Source: Lepidodermella squamata | Lineage: Eukaryota > Animalia > Gastrotricha | Reading direction: 5' to 3' | Length of the DNA stretch: 64,000 nucleotides | NCBI GenBank assembly: GCA_047495785.1 | Contig: JBLDXI010000029.1 | Coordinates: forward strand, 3,348,001-3,412,000 | In this document: positions 25,101 to 36,490 of the stretch, in pieces | Numbering within the stretch: position 1 is the first letter of the stretch | Layout of the letters: each line of letters opens with the position of its first letter | Made by a program: the position numbers and the translations under genes | Notes under the pieces: model-generated | Seen by the model: the letters and a program-made list of their open reading frames with translations, nothing else | Told to the model about the DNA's origin: nothing | The model's database searches: none

Positions 25101-25889
25101 ACTCCACCTATTGTGGACAAATCCACGCGGAACACGACTGACGATGGATCGCCGGATAATAGGCGTTACACGATTTTGAATTATACTTGCAATGCTGGAT
25201 ATTTGTTTGATCAAACTCTAGCGAAATCTTCCTTGATACAGTGCGACGAAGCTAGTAACTGGGTACCTGCGATATCCAACTGCATTCGTAAGCGATGCTA
25301 TTCCCTGAGCCTAATTTTCAAATTTCCTCCTTCGAACTTGTGGAACCTCGCAACAAAAATTAGAAATATTTTTTCAAAAACTGAAAAAAATTGAGTTAAC
25401 AAAATGTTAATTAGCTCTGCACTGCACGATTTCGCCCTATGTTGACAACTGCATCATATCTCCGGATGCGGCTTCGAAGCCTGGAATATGGGAACTTCAA
25501 TCTCGCGTGCTTTACATTTGCAAAAATGACCAAGTGATCGATCCACTCGGCTGGGACAACAACGTTACAATATCCTGCGCGGCAAATGAAACATGGGTCG
25601 TAGTCGATTACATCGGCCCAGGAGGCCCTCGGCCAACATGGCTGCCATCGTCGTGTAGAGGTAAAAGGGTTAAAAACAGCGACGGTAAGGAAATGGGGCC
25701 GCAAAATAACGCCGAACAAAATTGGGCTTTGTATGATTTGCTTCTTTCGTAATTTTCGGTTACTCCCCGCATGGGAAGCTAAGGTGATTTACCTCCACGT
25801 GGTGCTTCCTGGGTTCGCGCTTAGCGGGCGGAGCTAAAAAATCACCGAATGGTTTACAAATCTTTCTTTTATTTTACGTTCAAGACTAG
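10150..25889 (+). CDS. Giant secreted mosaic protein: signal peptide, LamG/ConA-like, ~14 EGF, ~8 C-type lectin, 3 FA58C/discoidin, 4 fibrinogen-C, PAN/apple, 4 Sushi/CCP
   Basis: Most exon junctions were traced and join in one frame (dozens of ~50-nt introns). Motifs: CQNGGTC..C.C..GW.G..C (EGF); [14 protein letters not shown] (CTL); [16 protein letters not shown] (FA58C); [20 protein letters not shown] (FReD); C..C.A.NY....C.L (PAN); CCP Cys/Trp pattern. The 3' end is either a terminal mini-exon 25885-25889 or read-through to the stop at 25752; neither encodes a TM segment. Confidence 0.85.
10788..10992. repeat. Imperfect inverted-repeat insert (MITE-like) in intron 1 of the mosaic gene
   Basis: caggtgaaataaaccgaaaattacc resembles the reverse complement of ggtgattttcggtattttacaccgg; internal GGGGGTAC..GTACCCCC hairpin; the intron is unusually long for this gene. 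Confidence 0.4.
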
Positions 25890-25902
25890 TTATGGCTGTT
25901 TT

Positions 25903-26268
25903 TTACGCGTTGATTTCACGCTTTGACTTTCGAAAATTGATAATAGCAGAATCCAGGTCTTCCAACATGCATTTAGTGGCTGTAGCTCGATTGACACAAA
26001 TGCCTTCATCCGCAGCGAAATCTTCAGAGCCGCAGCATTGGTTCTCAGGATCCGGGCAGTCCTCCCTTGTTAGACATCGGCGATCTGATGCGCACCGTAT
26101 CGGTTTGAAGCTGTAAATGCAGAGATTGCTGCAGCAGCGCCGGAATGGTTGGCCGATTGATGAGGCCATTGGGCAGTCGTTTGAGTTTTGACAACTGCGA
26201 ACCATGCGACCTTGAATCATCGCAAAGGTGAGAGCAAAAATTAATGCGTAAAATAGCCGTATAATCAT
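25903..26268 (-). CDS. Small secreted cysteine-rich protein with two C-x5-C..CC..C..C modules
   Basis: Signal peptide MIIRLFYALIFALTFAMIQG; 12 Cys in two similar units; AATAAA on the minus strand near 25868-25873. Confidence 0.75.
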   Translation of the reverse strand: MIIRLFYALIFALTFAMIQGRMVRSCQNSNDCPMASSIGQPFRRCCSNLCIYSFKPIRCASDRRCLTREDCPDPENQCCGSEDFAADEGICVNRATATKCMLEDLDSAIINFRKSKREINA

Positions 26269-27630
26269 TCTATATAGCAGAAAAATTTGGGTATATGTCA
26301 CAAAGTAAAATTCAAAATTAAGTATAGAAGATAGTAGCTCGATCCCTACCAGGTGTAAACAAATACCATATACAAGTATATATACAAAATTCTAATATAG
26401 TTAGAAGCTTTTCAATTTCGTATTTATTATGAAGCAATTTCACTGGTATTCCGGTGGGCCAATGTGTCAACATGCACTAACACTATCTGGTGCGTGGAAT
26501 TTACTAGAAATTTCTACATAGTGTATTGTCAATGTATTTCGCAGATGAACTTTTAAGATAAAACGAGCTCGTTACGCATCAAATCTTGAGGTCATGGCCT
26601 CACGCTTACCATTAAACATACTTAAGCATAATTGTAGGTAGAAATTAATCTTCGCAGAGGTGGATTGAAAAAGTTTAAACTGAATAGCCGGATGAGTTGT
26701 CGTAAACAGATTTTTTTGTGAACCGGACAGCTTTTAGTGACTCCCTCTGGGGCTACTGCTGGGCTGGTGGTGGTATAAACTTCAAATGGCTCCGAAGGGG
26801 AATTATTTGCCTGGCCCTTGTACATAATTCGCACTGAATATCCGCGATTTTAAGTATACCGCCGTTGTGTGAAGACTTCATTTTTATATATTTTTTTTAT
26901 AATTATGAAATGGCTAAAAGCGTGGTGGCGCTGATGAATTATTGAAGACATGGGGTAGCCACCCCCAGGGGCTTTGTCGCATTATTTTTTCTCTCAAGTA
27001 AAAATCCGCGCCAAGTTTTTTTTATAAAAAAGCAAGAAAAACTGTACACTGCTGTCCGATAAAAGATTTTTACCGAAAGCGTATTTACAAGGTTATTGAG
27101 GATAAACGTTTGTCATTTAAAGAATTCCAATGTCGATTTTCAGTTCCTTCACTATCAATGACAGAAACTTAAAAGAATTATCGTGTTAGAAGCTTTGACC
27201 CCGTTGTGACACACCGATAAGTACCAAACGTGTGACGCGCTGAGGAGAAGCCTCTTTTGAGTCCAAGATCAACGATAAAAAATGGAACACGCCACTCTAC
27301 CGGCTGCCGCCTTTAAAATAGCGAGTTTTTAGGTAAAACAGCTTGAAGTCGGTGGTTTTTATGCGCCATGAAAAGGGATGAGGTGAAAGGAACCGGCCTA
27401 ATGTGCGGCATGTGACGTGTGACGCAAAGGGGTATGCGCAGTTTCTTAATTTGTACACTCGATGCGTTGAATGAGCGCACTCGAGCATGTCTAATGTGTA
27501 CTTCTGAAATGTCATACCTGCGGTAGAAAAAAAATCAGTTAATTAATGTTCTAATTTTATTCCAGTATTTTGTAATAAAATTTCAACAGCTGATTATTTT
27601 GAGTTCCAATATACATCATTTCGGATATTC

Positions 27631-28993
27631 ATGGCGAATAAAAATCGACCAGTTGCACCGAAACCTAACTCTCAAGCACCCTCAGACGGTAAATTTGATT
27701 TGGCTGAAATCAGTGCGCGAAGTAACGGGTGAAATTGTACCTTAAGTCGCAGAGCCAAGGTTAAAGCCCCTGGAAAACAACAGAAGGGGGGTTGGTCATA
27801 ACATATCCCATTCGAGGATCCCGCACTTCGCGCACTGACTGAAAGTGATCAGGGTTTCAGACATTGAAGCCATAATATTTATGCTTCCAGAGGACATTCC
27901 GATAAAACTTCACGTGGCCGCAGCGAAAGGCGATTTGGCCACAATCCAAGAAATTCTATTCCGACCTGGTTTTACGGCCGAAATCCGGCAACAGCTAGTC
28001 GAACACCAGGACGCTGGTAACTTCAACCGAACCGCCTTGATACAAGCAGCTCGAAGCGGCCATCTTGCAGTAGTCGAATACCTAGCCCGTGAAATGAAGG
28101 CCGATTTGCTGGCACGGGACAGTCACGAACTCGGCTCAATGGCCATTCATTTCGCCGCTGAATTAGGTCGGTTGGAAATTGTGAAATTTCTCGTCGATTT
28201 CAAGCCGGACCTCGTCGAAGCCCGCGATCTCTTCGGCTCTACTGCTCTCAATCTAGCCGCATTTGCTGGGCAGTTGAAAGTTGTCGAATACCTTGTCGAC
28301 GAAAAATCTGCGAATATCGAAAATGCAGGGGCTTTCAATCGAACTCCTTTCCTTTCCGCTTGCGAGCAGGGCCATTTAGCTGTTGCTCAGTTTTTGATGA
28401 AAAAAGGCGCGAATCTAATGGCCAAGAGCAGTCTAGAGTCTAATGAAGATATGGCGATTCATTTAGCGGCATTTTTCGGCCATCTGAAGGTTATCGAGGC
28501 TTTACTTGAGGCGAAGCCAGATTTCTTGGAGCTGAAGAACAAAACTAACGAAACTGCACTAAATCGAGCCGCGATGGGTAATCAAATCAAGGTTTGAGCT
28601 TTGAATTTGAACTTTTTCCGATACCAAATGAACTCGTACTTTCAGGTTGTTGAATATCTGATAGATGTGAAGCACGCAAATATCGAAAATCAGGGCGAAT
28701 TCGGCAGAACACCTTTGTTGCAGGCTGCTGATGAGGGACATCTCGATTGCGTTAAATTTTTAGTGGAACGAGGCGCAAATCTAGCTGCTCGAGATAGCCA
28801 AAATGGCGACTCAGCCCTGCATCTAGCGGCCTATTTCGATCACGTAAAAATCGCAGCTTATCTCCTCTCGCTGAATGCTGGGGGTTTAACTGAATTAACA
28901 AACAAACAGAACCTCACTCCACTTGGTCTAGCTAAAAGGCAAAATAATCAAGAAATAATTGCCCTTTTCATGGCTAAAGGGATTAAACATTGA
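27631..28993 (+). CDS. Ankyrin-repeat protein, 3 exons
   Basis: Exons 27631-27688, 27891-28591, 28646-28993; about 10 ANK repeats (TALIQAARSGH, TPFLSACEQGH, TPLLQAADEGH, SALHLAAYFDH). Confidence 0.9.
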
Positions 28994-29203
28994 AAACGTC
29001 CCGGTTATCAGTTTTCTGATCCTCTTTCAAATGATAGCTGGTTTATCATTTGCTTTCCCCGGTTTTTTCAACCCGGTCCTCGAAACAACCTTTCTTCTAA
29101 AATCAATAATTTGATTATAAAAATATTTAAAAATGAATAAAATCATTTACCGCGGTGTAGCATCTTAGGTTTTTATTGAGATAATTTCATCATTCATCAT
29201 TCA

Positions 29204-30187
29204 TCAAAAAATCATTGGGCTGAAAATGTAATTGATTGGAAAGTGTGTGTATTCGTCGAATGGGCGCTGGAATCGCGCAGGATTGTGCGTATTTACCTTG
29301 TTAAAATCCACTGCAATTCCACTATGGCGGCCATTTTTCATAATCAAAACCGAACCCGGGCGAATTTTATCCGCTGAGCATTGGCCACTGCTAAGCGTGC
29401 GTTGCCGGTTAACGTCGGAGCTAAATTGAGTCTCGTTAGCCTCAATGAACGGAGTACAGGTGTATTTCTGCCACCGATTCGGTTGATGCTCCAGGAATTC
29501 TTTCAACCCCAACATGCCAGCTTTCCGGCTTGCAAAGCCGATGTTGAAGTAGTAGCCGTCTAATTCGTAATTGACTAATTCGCTGATTTTCGATTTGTAG
29601 GGATGAATGTTTGGCAGAAGGCCGGCAGCTGCGAGCGAGCGAGATACGAATTCGGCGCATTGGAAGTTCATTTGGGCGCACTCTTCCTCGCCTCGGTAGG
29701 CGCAAAATCGGGGCACGGTCCGCTTACAACGTAAATCGTGGCATTTCCAGTTTTTATTCGCGAAAGAGAAGTCTGGAAGAAAGAAAAGGGGAAAATTCTG
29801 GATGTGAGAAACAAATAAACATTGGAAATCAATGCATTTGGGCTAAAATCGATTTTAGCGACAATTCAGCTGGTGACTTACGACAAATGAGCTAAATTTG
29901 ATATAAGCTCATTTTTTCAAGGGTCAGAGTTAGGATTAGGGCTGAACGTTGCATTAAATTTTCTCTTATATTGTTTGCTTACGTCGTTTTAGAAGCTCAG
30001 CACTTGGTCCAAAAACGAAATTCGCGACAAAACTGCAGTTGTAGTTGTCATCTGGGCACGACATGGGGATTCCCTCGCTGCTTACCAGTGAATATTGATC
30101 CAAAGGTTGAGGTATCGTGTTACATTGAACGTAAGCCAAATACAACAACTTTATCAAAAATAGAGTTTCAAAAACTTTTACGGGCAT
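29204..30187 (-). CDS. Secreted NlpC/P60-like putative amidase (Amidase_6-like), 2 exons
   Basis: Exons 30187-29983 and 29772-29204 join in phase 1. Signal peptide; FANKNWKC..QCAEFVSRSLAAAG (catalytic Cys); GSVLI..RHSGIAV..VNTHN..R (His motifs). Confidence 0.7.
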
Positions 30188-30593
30188 TTCAAACTGTAAT
30201 TATATCATTCCAAGAGAAAAAACTGATGAGTTTTTTTCACTGGTCAGCAAAATGCAATAATGAACTTGACGCATCGTTGATTTAATTGTAGTACATTTCT
30301 AATTTTTCAAGCGGCCGGCGGGCGTTTTTTTCGCCCACTACCGGTGCTAAGCTAATTTTCAGCAAGACCAACGCTGGCCAACGCATTTTTTTCATGCAGT
30401 CTGCGGGAAATGCACTCAGCTGCGCGAAAAAAGCCCAGATTTTTAAGACAGACTTTTACAATTTCGATCGGGTATCCAGGGGCTAGAGCTGTCTAGCCCT
30501 AACGAAGATTCACAATAAAATCACGTTCTCAAGTTTAAAATTAGATCTTCCTGCGTCAGAGTGAACCCACGGGCAGTTGCTGAATGCTGAAGG

Positions 30594-32897
30594 ATGAATA
30601 TTTCTGAACATTTCCGAAAGATGCTGTCAGCTGCACTTATAACAGCCACCTTGCTATCCGGAGTTTCAAGCTCTGAGAAACCTAGGAAACTCTCGATATA
30701 CAGCTCCTTCCCGATAAGTGGAGCTGAACCATCGACATCGCAATGCTGCATTGCCGCGACTCAATACGTCATTGACAATGTCAACAATCGCAGCGATATT
30801 CTGCCTGATTACAATCTGGAATTATCAATTTTCGACGAATCTGCCTTCGCAGTATTTGCCCCAGGCCATATCATGAGATTCATTGAAGGCAGAAACAGAG
30901 ACTCAACGCCTTCGCCAGTTCTTATTGGCCCGCAATTTGTTTGCAATTCGATTTCCATGGCAACGAGAAATGAAGGCTATACTCATTTTTCAACGGGATG
31001 TAATGGCCCGAAGATAGTTATGAACCGAAATCTCTACGACAATATCTACAGCGTTTACGGGAGCTCAATGGAGCAAATTTTAGGATGGGCTTTATTCGCG
31101 CGGGATGTCGGGAAGTGGCGTCGGGTCGGGATGCTACAATCTGCGGCTAATGTTAACGACTACCTCTTCGGTATGCGACTGTACCATATGTTCTTGGAGA
31201 TGGGGGTAGATGTCGCTTATTGGGACATGGCCCCAACTTATACCGATGCCTTCATGTTAGCGGCTAGTAAAGGCCGGGCTCGAATTCTGTACGGCGGGTC
31301 ATCCAACATCGCAGTATGCATGGCTTATCTGTGCTTGGCCCATAAATACGGAATGAGACCACCTCAATATGTGTTTGTCATGGCGGCACCGTGTAGCGTA
31401 GACCCTGCTTTGATCAAAACTTGCCCTTACGATATTTTGGTATCGCAATTACGCGCGGCCTTCTTTGTCGGTTCTTTTTCCTCGGAATCATTTGCCAATC
31501 AGGAAACCTTGACCACATTAGGTTACCCAGCTTCAAAGTTCGATTCTGATATCCTGAAGCTTTTAAATAACAAACTATGCGCTGATTGGGACTATCGACG
31601 ACTCTGCCATGACGTAGCACTTCTCTCGATTATAGCCCTAGATAATTCGGAAAAAACACTTCGTTCCAGCTATAATATGACCCTTGCCGATTTCCCAAAT
31701 AATAGAAAGTTCATTGGGAAAATTGTCAATGAAAGCGTGGCGAAAATTAATGTAATAGGAACCTTCCAAGGTCGTTTGAGGTACGATAGCAATCAGGACC
31801 TTAGAGATGCAGCTCTTTTTGTTAGCCAAAGATGGAGTTCCTCGCCACCCAAGATTTTCTATCGAATGGAACAAATTGGACCAGAAGTCGATGTGAAAAA
31901 CTACCGAATGGTTCCCCATCTTGCTAAGGAGAAGTTTGTTTGGCTTACAAAATACGGGAATCCACCTAAAGACTTGTCAGAGGTCGAAATTCGATCAAAC
32001 GGTGTTTCGCTAACGACTCTGATCCCAATTGTTACGATTGCTTCAATGTCAGAAATTTTTCTTGTGGTTACCTTTGTTTTCAATCTAAGGCAATGTCCCA
32101 AAAGGATACGGAGGCTGCGTCGAGATTTTTTTGACTTTTCGATTAATCTATTCTTGTTATTCGGGTGTTTTTTCCTGGTCTTGGAATCGATATTAATAAT
32201 GATCGGCTATTATGCATTTCTAAAGGTTTTTTGTCCTTGGCGGCATGTTTTGCCTATATTAGGCGTTTCCATTGTCAACAGTGTACTGAGCTTCACATTG
32301 ATCCAAATGAACACATTTGCGTTGAATTTAGCTTCATCACGACTATCGAGGAGGCTCACTAATTTCGGCTACCAGAGTGATAATCCAAGAGCCCGGTATG
32401 ATTCATACAAAATTGGACTTCAAATGGCTATTCATTTTCTAATTTCTTGTGTTATCGCCACAGCTTGGCCATTTTTTCACCCAGCAAAATCTGTACCAAT
32501 GATTTCAGAGGTTTTTTGGGACGAGTTTGGAGATACATATTACCAGACTACAGGTGAATTTTGCGAAGGTCCCTACCAGAATTACTGGACTGCTGCTGGG
32601 TTGATTTTTGGCATTCTCCCGCTCTTCATCGGCTGTTTCTACGCTTATGAATTGAGGAAAGTTGTTATGCCGGAAAAATATCGCCTACATTTCAAATTGG
32701 CTCGCTTGGCGGTTGTGAATGCTACTACGCTGAGTGTTGCGGCGATTTCTGTAGTCTATGCGACGTCGAATAGTGGTCAGAGCCTGCAGGTAGTGATTTT
32801 TGGAATAAGCTGCTTGGTTTATGGGACAGTAACGCCTGCAATAATTTTCTATCCAGTTTGGCTTTACTCCTTCAACCACAGGGCTATTTCACAGTAG
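30594..32897 (+). CDS. Class C GPCR, GABA-B-type architecture (Venus flytrap + 7TM), intronless; copy 1
   Basis: 767-aa ORF: signal peptide, VNNRSDILPDYNL, flytrap domain joined directly via PPKD to 7 hydrophobic helices; no Cys-rich domain; very short C-tail. Confidence 0.88.
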   Translation: MNISEHFRKMLSAALITATLLSGVSSSEKPRKLSIYSSFPISGAEPSTSQCCIAATQYVIDNVNNRSDILPDYNLELSIFDESAFAVFAPGHIMRFIEGRNRDSTPSPVLIGPQFVCNSISMATRNEGYTHFSTGCNGPKIVMNRNLYDNIYSVYGSSMEQILGWALFARDVGKWRRVGMLQSAANVNDYLFGMRLYHMFLEMGVDVAYWDMAPTYTDAFMLAASKGRARILYGGSSNIAVCMAYLCLAHKYGMRPPQYVFVMAAPCSVDPALIKTCPYDILVSQLRAAFFVGSFSSESFANQETLTTLGYPASKFDSDILKLLNNKLCADWDYRRLCHDVALLSIIALDNSEKTLRSSYNMTLADFPNNRKFIGKIVNESVAKINVIGTFQGRLRYDSNQDLRDAALFVSQRWSSSPPKIFYRMEQIGPEVDVKNYRMVPHLAKEKFVWLTKYGNPPKDLSEVEIRSNGVSLTTLIPIVTIASMSEIFLVVTFVFNLRQCPKRIRRLRRDFFDFSINLFLLFGCFFLVLESILIMIGYYAFLKVFCPWRHVLPILGVSIVNSVLSFTLIQMNTFALNLASSRLSRRLTNFGYQSDNPRARYDSYKIGLQMAIHFLISCVIATAWPFFHPAKSVPMISEVFWDEFGDTYYQTTGEFCEGPYQNYWTAAGLIFGILPLFIGCFYAYELRKVVMPEKYRLHFKLARLAVVNATTLSVAAISVVYATSNSGQSLQVVIFGISCLVYGTVTPAIIFYPVWLYSFNHRAISQ

Positions 32898-33494
32898 TCG
32901 ATGAAAATGAGAAATGAAACGCAGTGAGCGAGAAAGAATTTTCATGTTTTTTACATGTTAAAATTGGCGCAAATAGAATAGGTGTCGGAAAACTAAACAG
33001 TGGAAGGGATCGGGAATCGGAAAGTCGAAGGCTTAAAAGATTTCCAATTTTTTGGTCCGATAATGTTCCAATAGAATTAACGCAGAATGAAAGTAATCTG
33101 AACAGAAAAACAGGAAATTTACAGGATGAATTTTCACCGGTGGAGATGAGAGAAACAATACAAGTTCTCGAAGTCAGCAGCAAAATATTTGAGAAATTTT
33201 GAAGTAAAGAGTTGCGCAACATATCAGACACTGGTTTGCTAAAATTAGCAAGTCATCCCTTGGACCAAACAAGTTCTAATTGAAAGTACGTGATGCTACT
33301 GATTTTACGCGTAAGGGAGCGTTTTATCGATAAACCTAGCCCCTTTCGATGATCTTCTTTAATGAAGTTGGTAAAGTAAATCGCATGTCAGGTTTTACTA
33401 ATATGATGAATATTTCTGTCTTCCTCATAATATTTAATGGCTTGGTCGTAGTATACACTATAATTTTGCTAGCGAAACGTTCAATATCTTGGGA

Positions 33495-35903
33495 ATGATC
33501 TTTGGAAACGCCTATTTTCACCTCCTTGTCCTTACTGGATTAGCATTTAAAAATGCCGGATCGGTTGTTTCGAAGCCATACCGGCTTTCAGTGTTTAGCT
33601 CCTTTGTCATGACGGGAGCTGAACCTTCCACGTCCCAATGCTGCATTTCGGCTACAAAGTTCGTAGTTGATAATGTCAACAATCGAACCGATATCCTGCC
33701 CGATTACCACCTCGATCTGTTTGTTGACGACGAAAAACTGACCAATTGGATGGGGCCAAGGCTTTTTATGAAGTACCTTGACAACTATTACGCAAAGCAG
33801 CCAGCGGATGGTCGGACTTACTTATCCCCTGTTATGCTAGGCCCAATGTCTGTTTGCAACAATTACGCTCTTGTGGCTAAGGCCTTTGGATTTTCAATGT
33901 TTTCCTCTGCCTGCAACGGACCTCAAATCGGTTGGAGAAGATGGCTGTATCCAAATGTTTACAGCAGCCGAAGTTCAACTGATGAGTACATGATGGCTTG
34001 GATTAAGGTGGTTAAAGAGGTCGGAAATTGGAAGCAAGTCGGAATTCTCCACAATTCGGGAAACCCTAGCGACGTGTCTTACACACTGGTCCTTGAGCGG
34101 CTTTTCGTCCAAAACGGGGTTGATGTCATATACTCAGATGTGACAAATCTTTTCTCAGAAGAGTTTGTAATTGCTGCGAAACAGAGCAGAGCTCGTATTT
34201 TCGTGATTGGTTCCTCGCAGCTATCTCCGTGCGTCAATTTTCTGTGCTGGGCGTACAAGCATGGGATGCGAGCTCCCCGTTACGCATTCATCGCAGCTTA
34301 CTTCTGCTACATCCACCCAGATACGGTTACACAGTGCCCTGTTGAACATATTATAGCAATGTTGAGGATCACTTTTTACGTTGGACTATTCACGAACCCT
34401 ATACGGCCATTGGACATTACAACTAGCTTAGGTTATACAGCACGGCAATATGACGAATCATTTTTCAGGTATGTCAACTATACAAAATGTATAGATTGGG
34501 AATATCGACTGAGCTGCCATGACTCAGCTATGGCTGGATTGATCACCTTAGATAGGACTGAAGAATTTCTGAGGCGGAATTTCAACAAAAACTTGCGAGA
34601 TATCCAAAGTGATTTGAAAATAATGCCAGAATTTGTGGGTAACACTGTCAAGAGGTCTGAGATGATTGGCGTGCTTAAAGGTTCGATGCGATACGCACAA
34701 ACTGGAGACCTAATTGGGGATGCTATTTTCATAGGACACCGCTGGTCTCAAAACATATCAAAATTTTACTACACAATGGAGAGAATCGACCAGCGAATAA
34801 CGGATCCCTTTAATTATTCGAATTTTGAGTTGAAAAGATTCCCAACCAACGACACTTTGGTTTGGTTGACAAAGTCTGGCCGGCCCCCGAAAGACCTCTC
34901 GGAAATCCAGCAGAGGAAAGTCATTTACCCTTTGAGAACTATGATTGCAGTGACTGCTATTTCCGTGGCATGTATCCTTTACCTTCTTATTTTGGCCGTT
35001 CTTATGGCAAAGAGTAAGAAGGGCAATGTAACCAAAAAATATTTCGATTATCTCAGCAATTCATTCCTATTAATTGGATGCTTGTTTATGGTTATTCAGT
35101 CGCTTTTAATGGCTATTGGAAATACTCACTTCCCAGAGGCATTGTGTAGCTGGCGGAAGGTTTTCCTTCTACTTGGCCTGGCGCTTGTAAACGGGGTGAT
35201 ATGTTTTCGAATTATTTTCTTGCCGAACTTCATTCGAAAACATGCAAAGCGCAGGAAACGTCGATCAAGGGCTATTAGGCTCAGGATGTATGTCTTGAAG
35301 AGACCTGTTGAGGAGACTAAGTCCTCAACTCTAGTTACTGAACCAAAACGTTATCGTTTTACTTCTTTACTCTGCTGTGCCAGATCGCCCAAGACTGAGG
35401 GAACTTCAACGACAAATCATTCGACGGGAGATCAAAAAACTGTATTAGGAACAATAGTTTTACTTTCAATTACTCTTCTCTGTGTGCTCGCTTGGTCAAT
35501 TTTGCACCCTGTCAAGCTGATATCACGAATTTCGCCGCCACAGTTTGACGACGAGATGGATACTTATTTCGAAATTCGTGGTGAATTTTGCTATTCACCT
35601 TTTCAAATTTACTGGATAGCAACATTTCTTGTCATTCACGTTTTCCTTCTAATTATTGGATGCTTTTTTGCATACGAAACACGTCACTCGAAGGTGGGCA
35701 AGGCGCTTGTGATGCACGTCAGATTGGCCAGGTTGTCTGTTTTGAACGCTACAACTATGGTTTTGGCTACAATTCTGCTTGTGTTTTCGGTCCCTGACGC
35801 GGGAGTCTACCTTCAGGCTACTGCGTTTAGTATTTGCTGTTTGATTTATGCCGTGAGCTCCGCGACCATTTCTTTATTTACAATTTTGAAGTATCGTCCG
35901 TAA
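33495..35903 (+). CDS. Class C GPCR, GABA-B-type, intronless; copy 2
   Basis: Intact ORF with the same architecture; first ATG at 33495. Confidence 0.88.
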   Translation: MIFGNAYFHLLVLTGLAFKNAGSVVSKPYRLSVFSSFVMTGAEPSTSQCCISATKFVVDNVNNRTDILPDYHLDLFVDDEKLTNWMGPRLFMKYLDNYYAKQPADGRTYLSPVMLGPMSVCNNYALVAKAFGFSMFSSACNGPQIGWRRWLYPNVYSSRSSTDEYMMAWIKVVKEVGNWKQVGILHNSGNPSDVSYTLVLERLFVQNGVDVIYSDVTNLFSEEFVIAAKQSRARIFVIGSSQLSPCVNFLCWAYKHGMRAPRYAFIAAYFCYIHPDTVTQCPVEHIIAMLRITFYVGLFTNPIRPLDITTSLGYTARQYDESFFRYVNYTKCIDWEYRLSCHDSAMAGLITLDRTEEFLRRNFNKNLRDIQSDLKIMPEFVGNTVKRSEMIGVLKGSMRYAQTGDLIGDAIFIGHRWSQNISKFYYTMERIDQRITDPFNYSNFELKRFPTNDTLVWLTKSGRPPKDLSEIQQRKVIYPLRTMIAVTAISVACILYLLILAVLMAKSKKGNVTKKYFDYLSNSFLLIGCLFMVIQSLLMAIGNTHFPEALCSWRKVFLLLGLALVNGVICFRIIFLPNFIRKHAKRRKRRSRAIRLRMYVLKRPVEETKSSTLVTEPKRYRFTSLLCCARSPKTEGTSTTNHSTGDQKTVLGTIVLLSITLLCVLAWSILHPVKLISRISPPQFDDEMDTYFEIRGEFCYSPFQIYWIATFLVIHVFLLIIGCFFAYETRHSKVGKALVMHVRLARLSVLNATTMVLATILLVFSVPDAGVYLQATAFSICCLIYAVSSATISLFTILKYRP

Positions 35904-36490
35904 TTCCAAAATAAATGATGCGGGAGGACTTGAGACAAAGGTATCTTGTAGGCAATGAAAGAATTGTACAAACAACGATAAATCAATGAAACAATTTCAG
36001 AGATAATGAATTTACTGAAATATGGGTGGAAATGAAGTATTGTTTTGCATGCTATTATAGCATAAAGCATAATATCCAAACTGGCCTTCTGGGTGCGATC
36101 TTGGAATTCCAAGTGCGAATTTGGGGCCAAAGACTTCAAGGAACGTACAGAAATCAACAGAAAAAACAGTGACATTTCGATTGTTGCGCCATAATCTGTG
36201 TCTAATAATTAGGTCCAATTCTTTGGTCTGCTTTTTGGCTCTAATCCAAAATTTCGACGTTTTTTCACTGTCATTTTCAAAGACCTGCTCAGGCCTTGTG
36301 GCCCCGAATTCGGTGTCAAAAGAACCGCCGGGTCATGGCCTAAACTTTGCCGTCGGGCATTTCGCCCTACGACGCATCGTTGACCCGAAAAAGGACTTTC
36401 GACAGACCCAGGATTTGGATCCAAATATCGATCTCGCAGTGTATTTTTGGCAGTTAAAGTGTTAACCGCGAAAAGTACAATGTCACTGAA

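Noticed and set aside
29921-29943. Telomere-like ttaggattaggg
   Set aside because: Only two imperfect units inside an intron.
32924-33202. Extra C-terminal exon for GPCR copy 1
   Set aside because: No phase-compatible donor was found before the stop at 32897, and the paralogs also end just after TM7.
36168-36488. Element bounded by the 10-bp inverted repeat cagtgacatt/aatgtcactg
   Set aside because: No TSD, and the right copy lies within sequence homologous to the GPCR 5' region.
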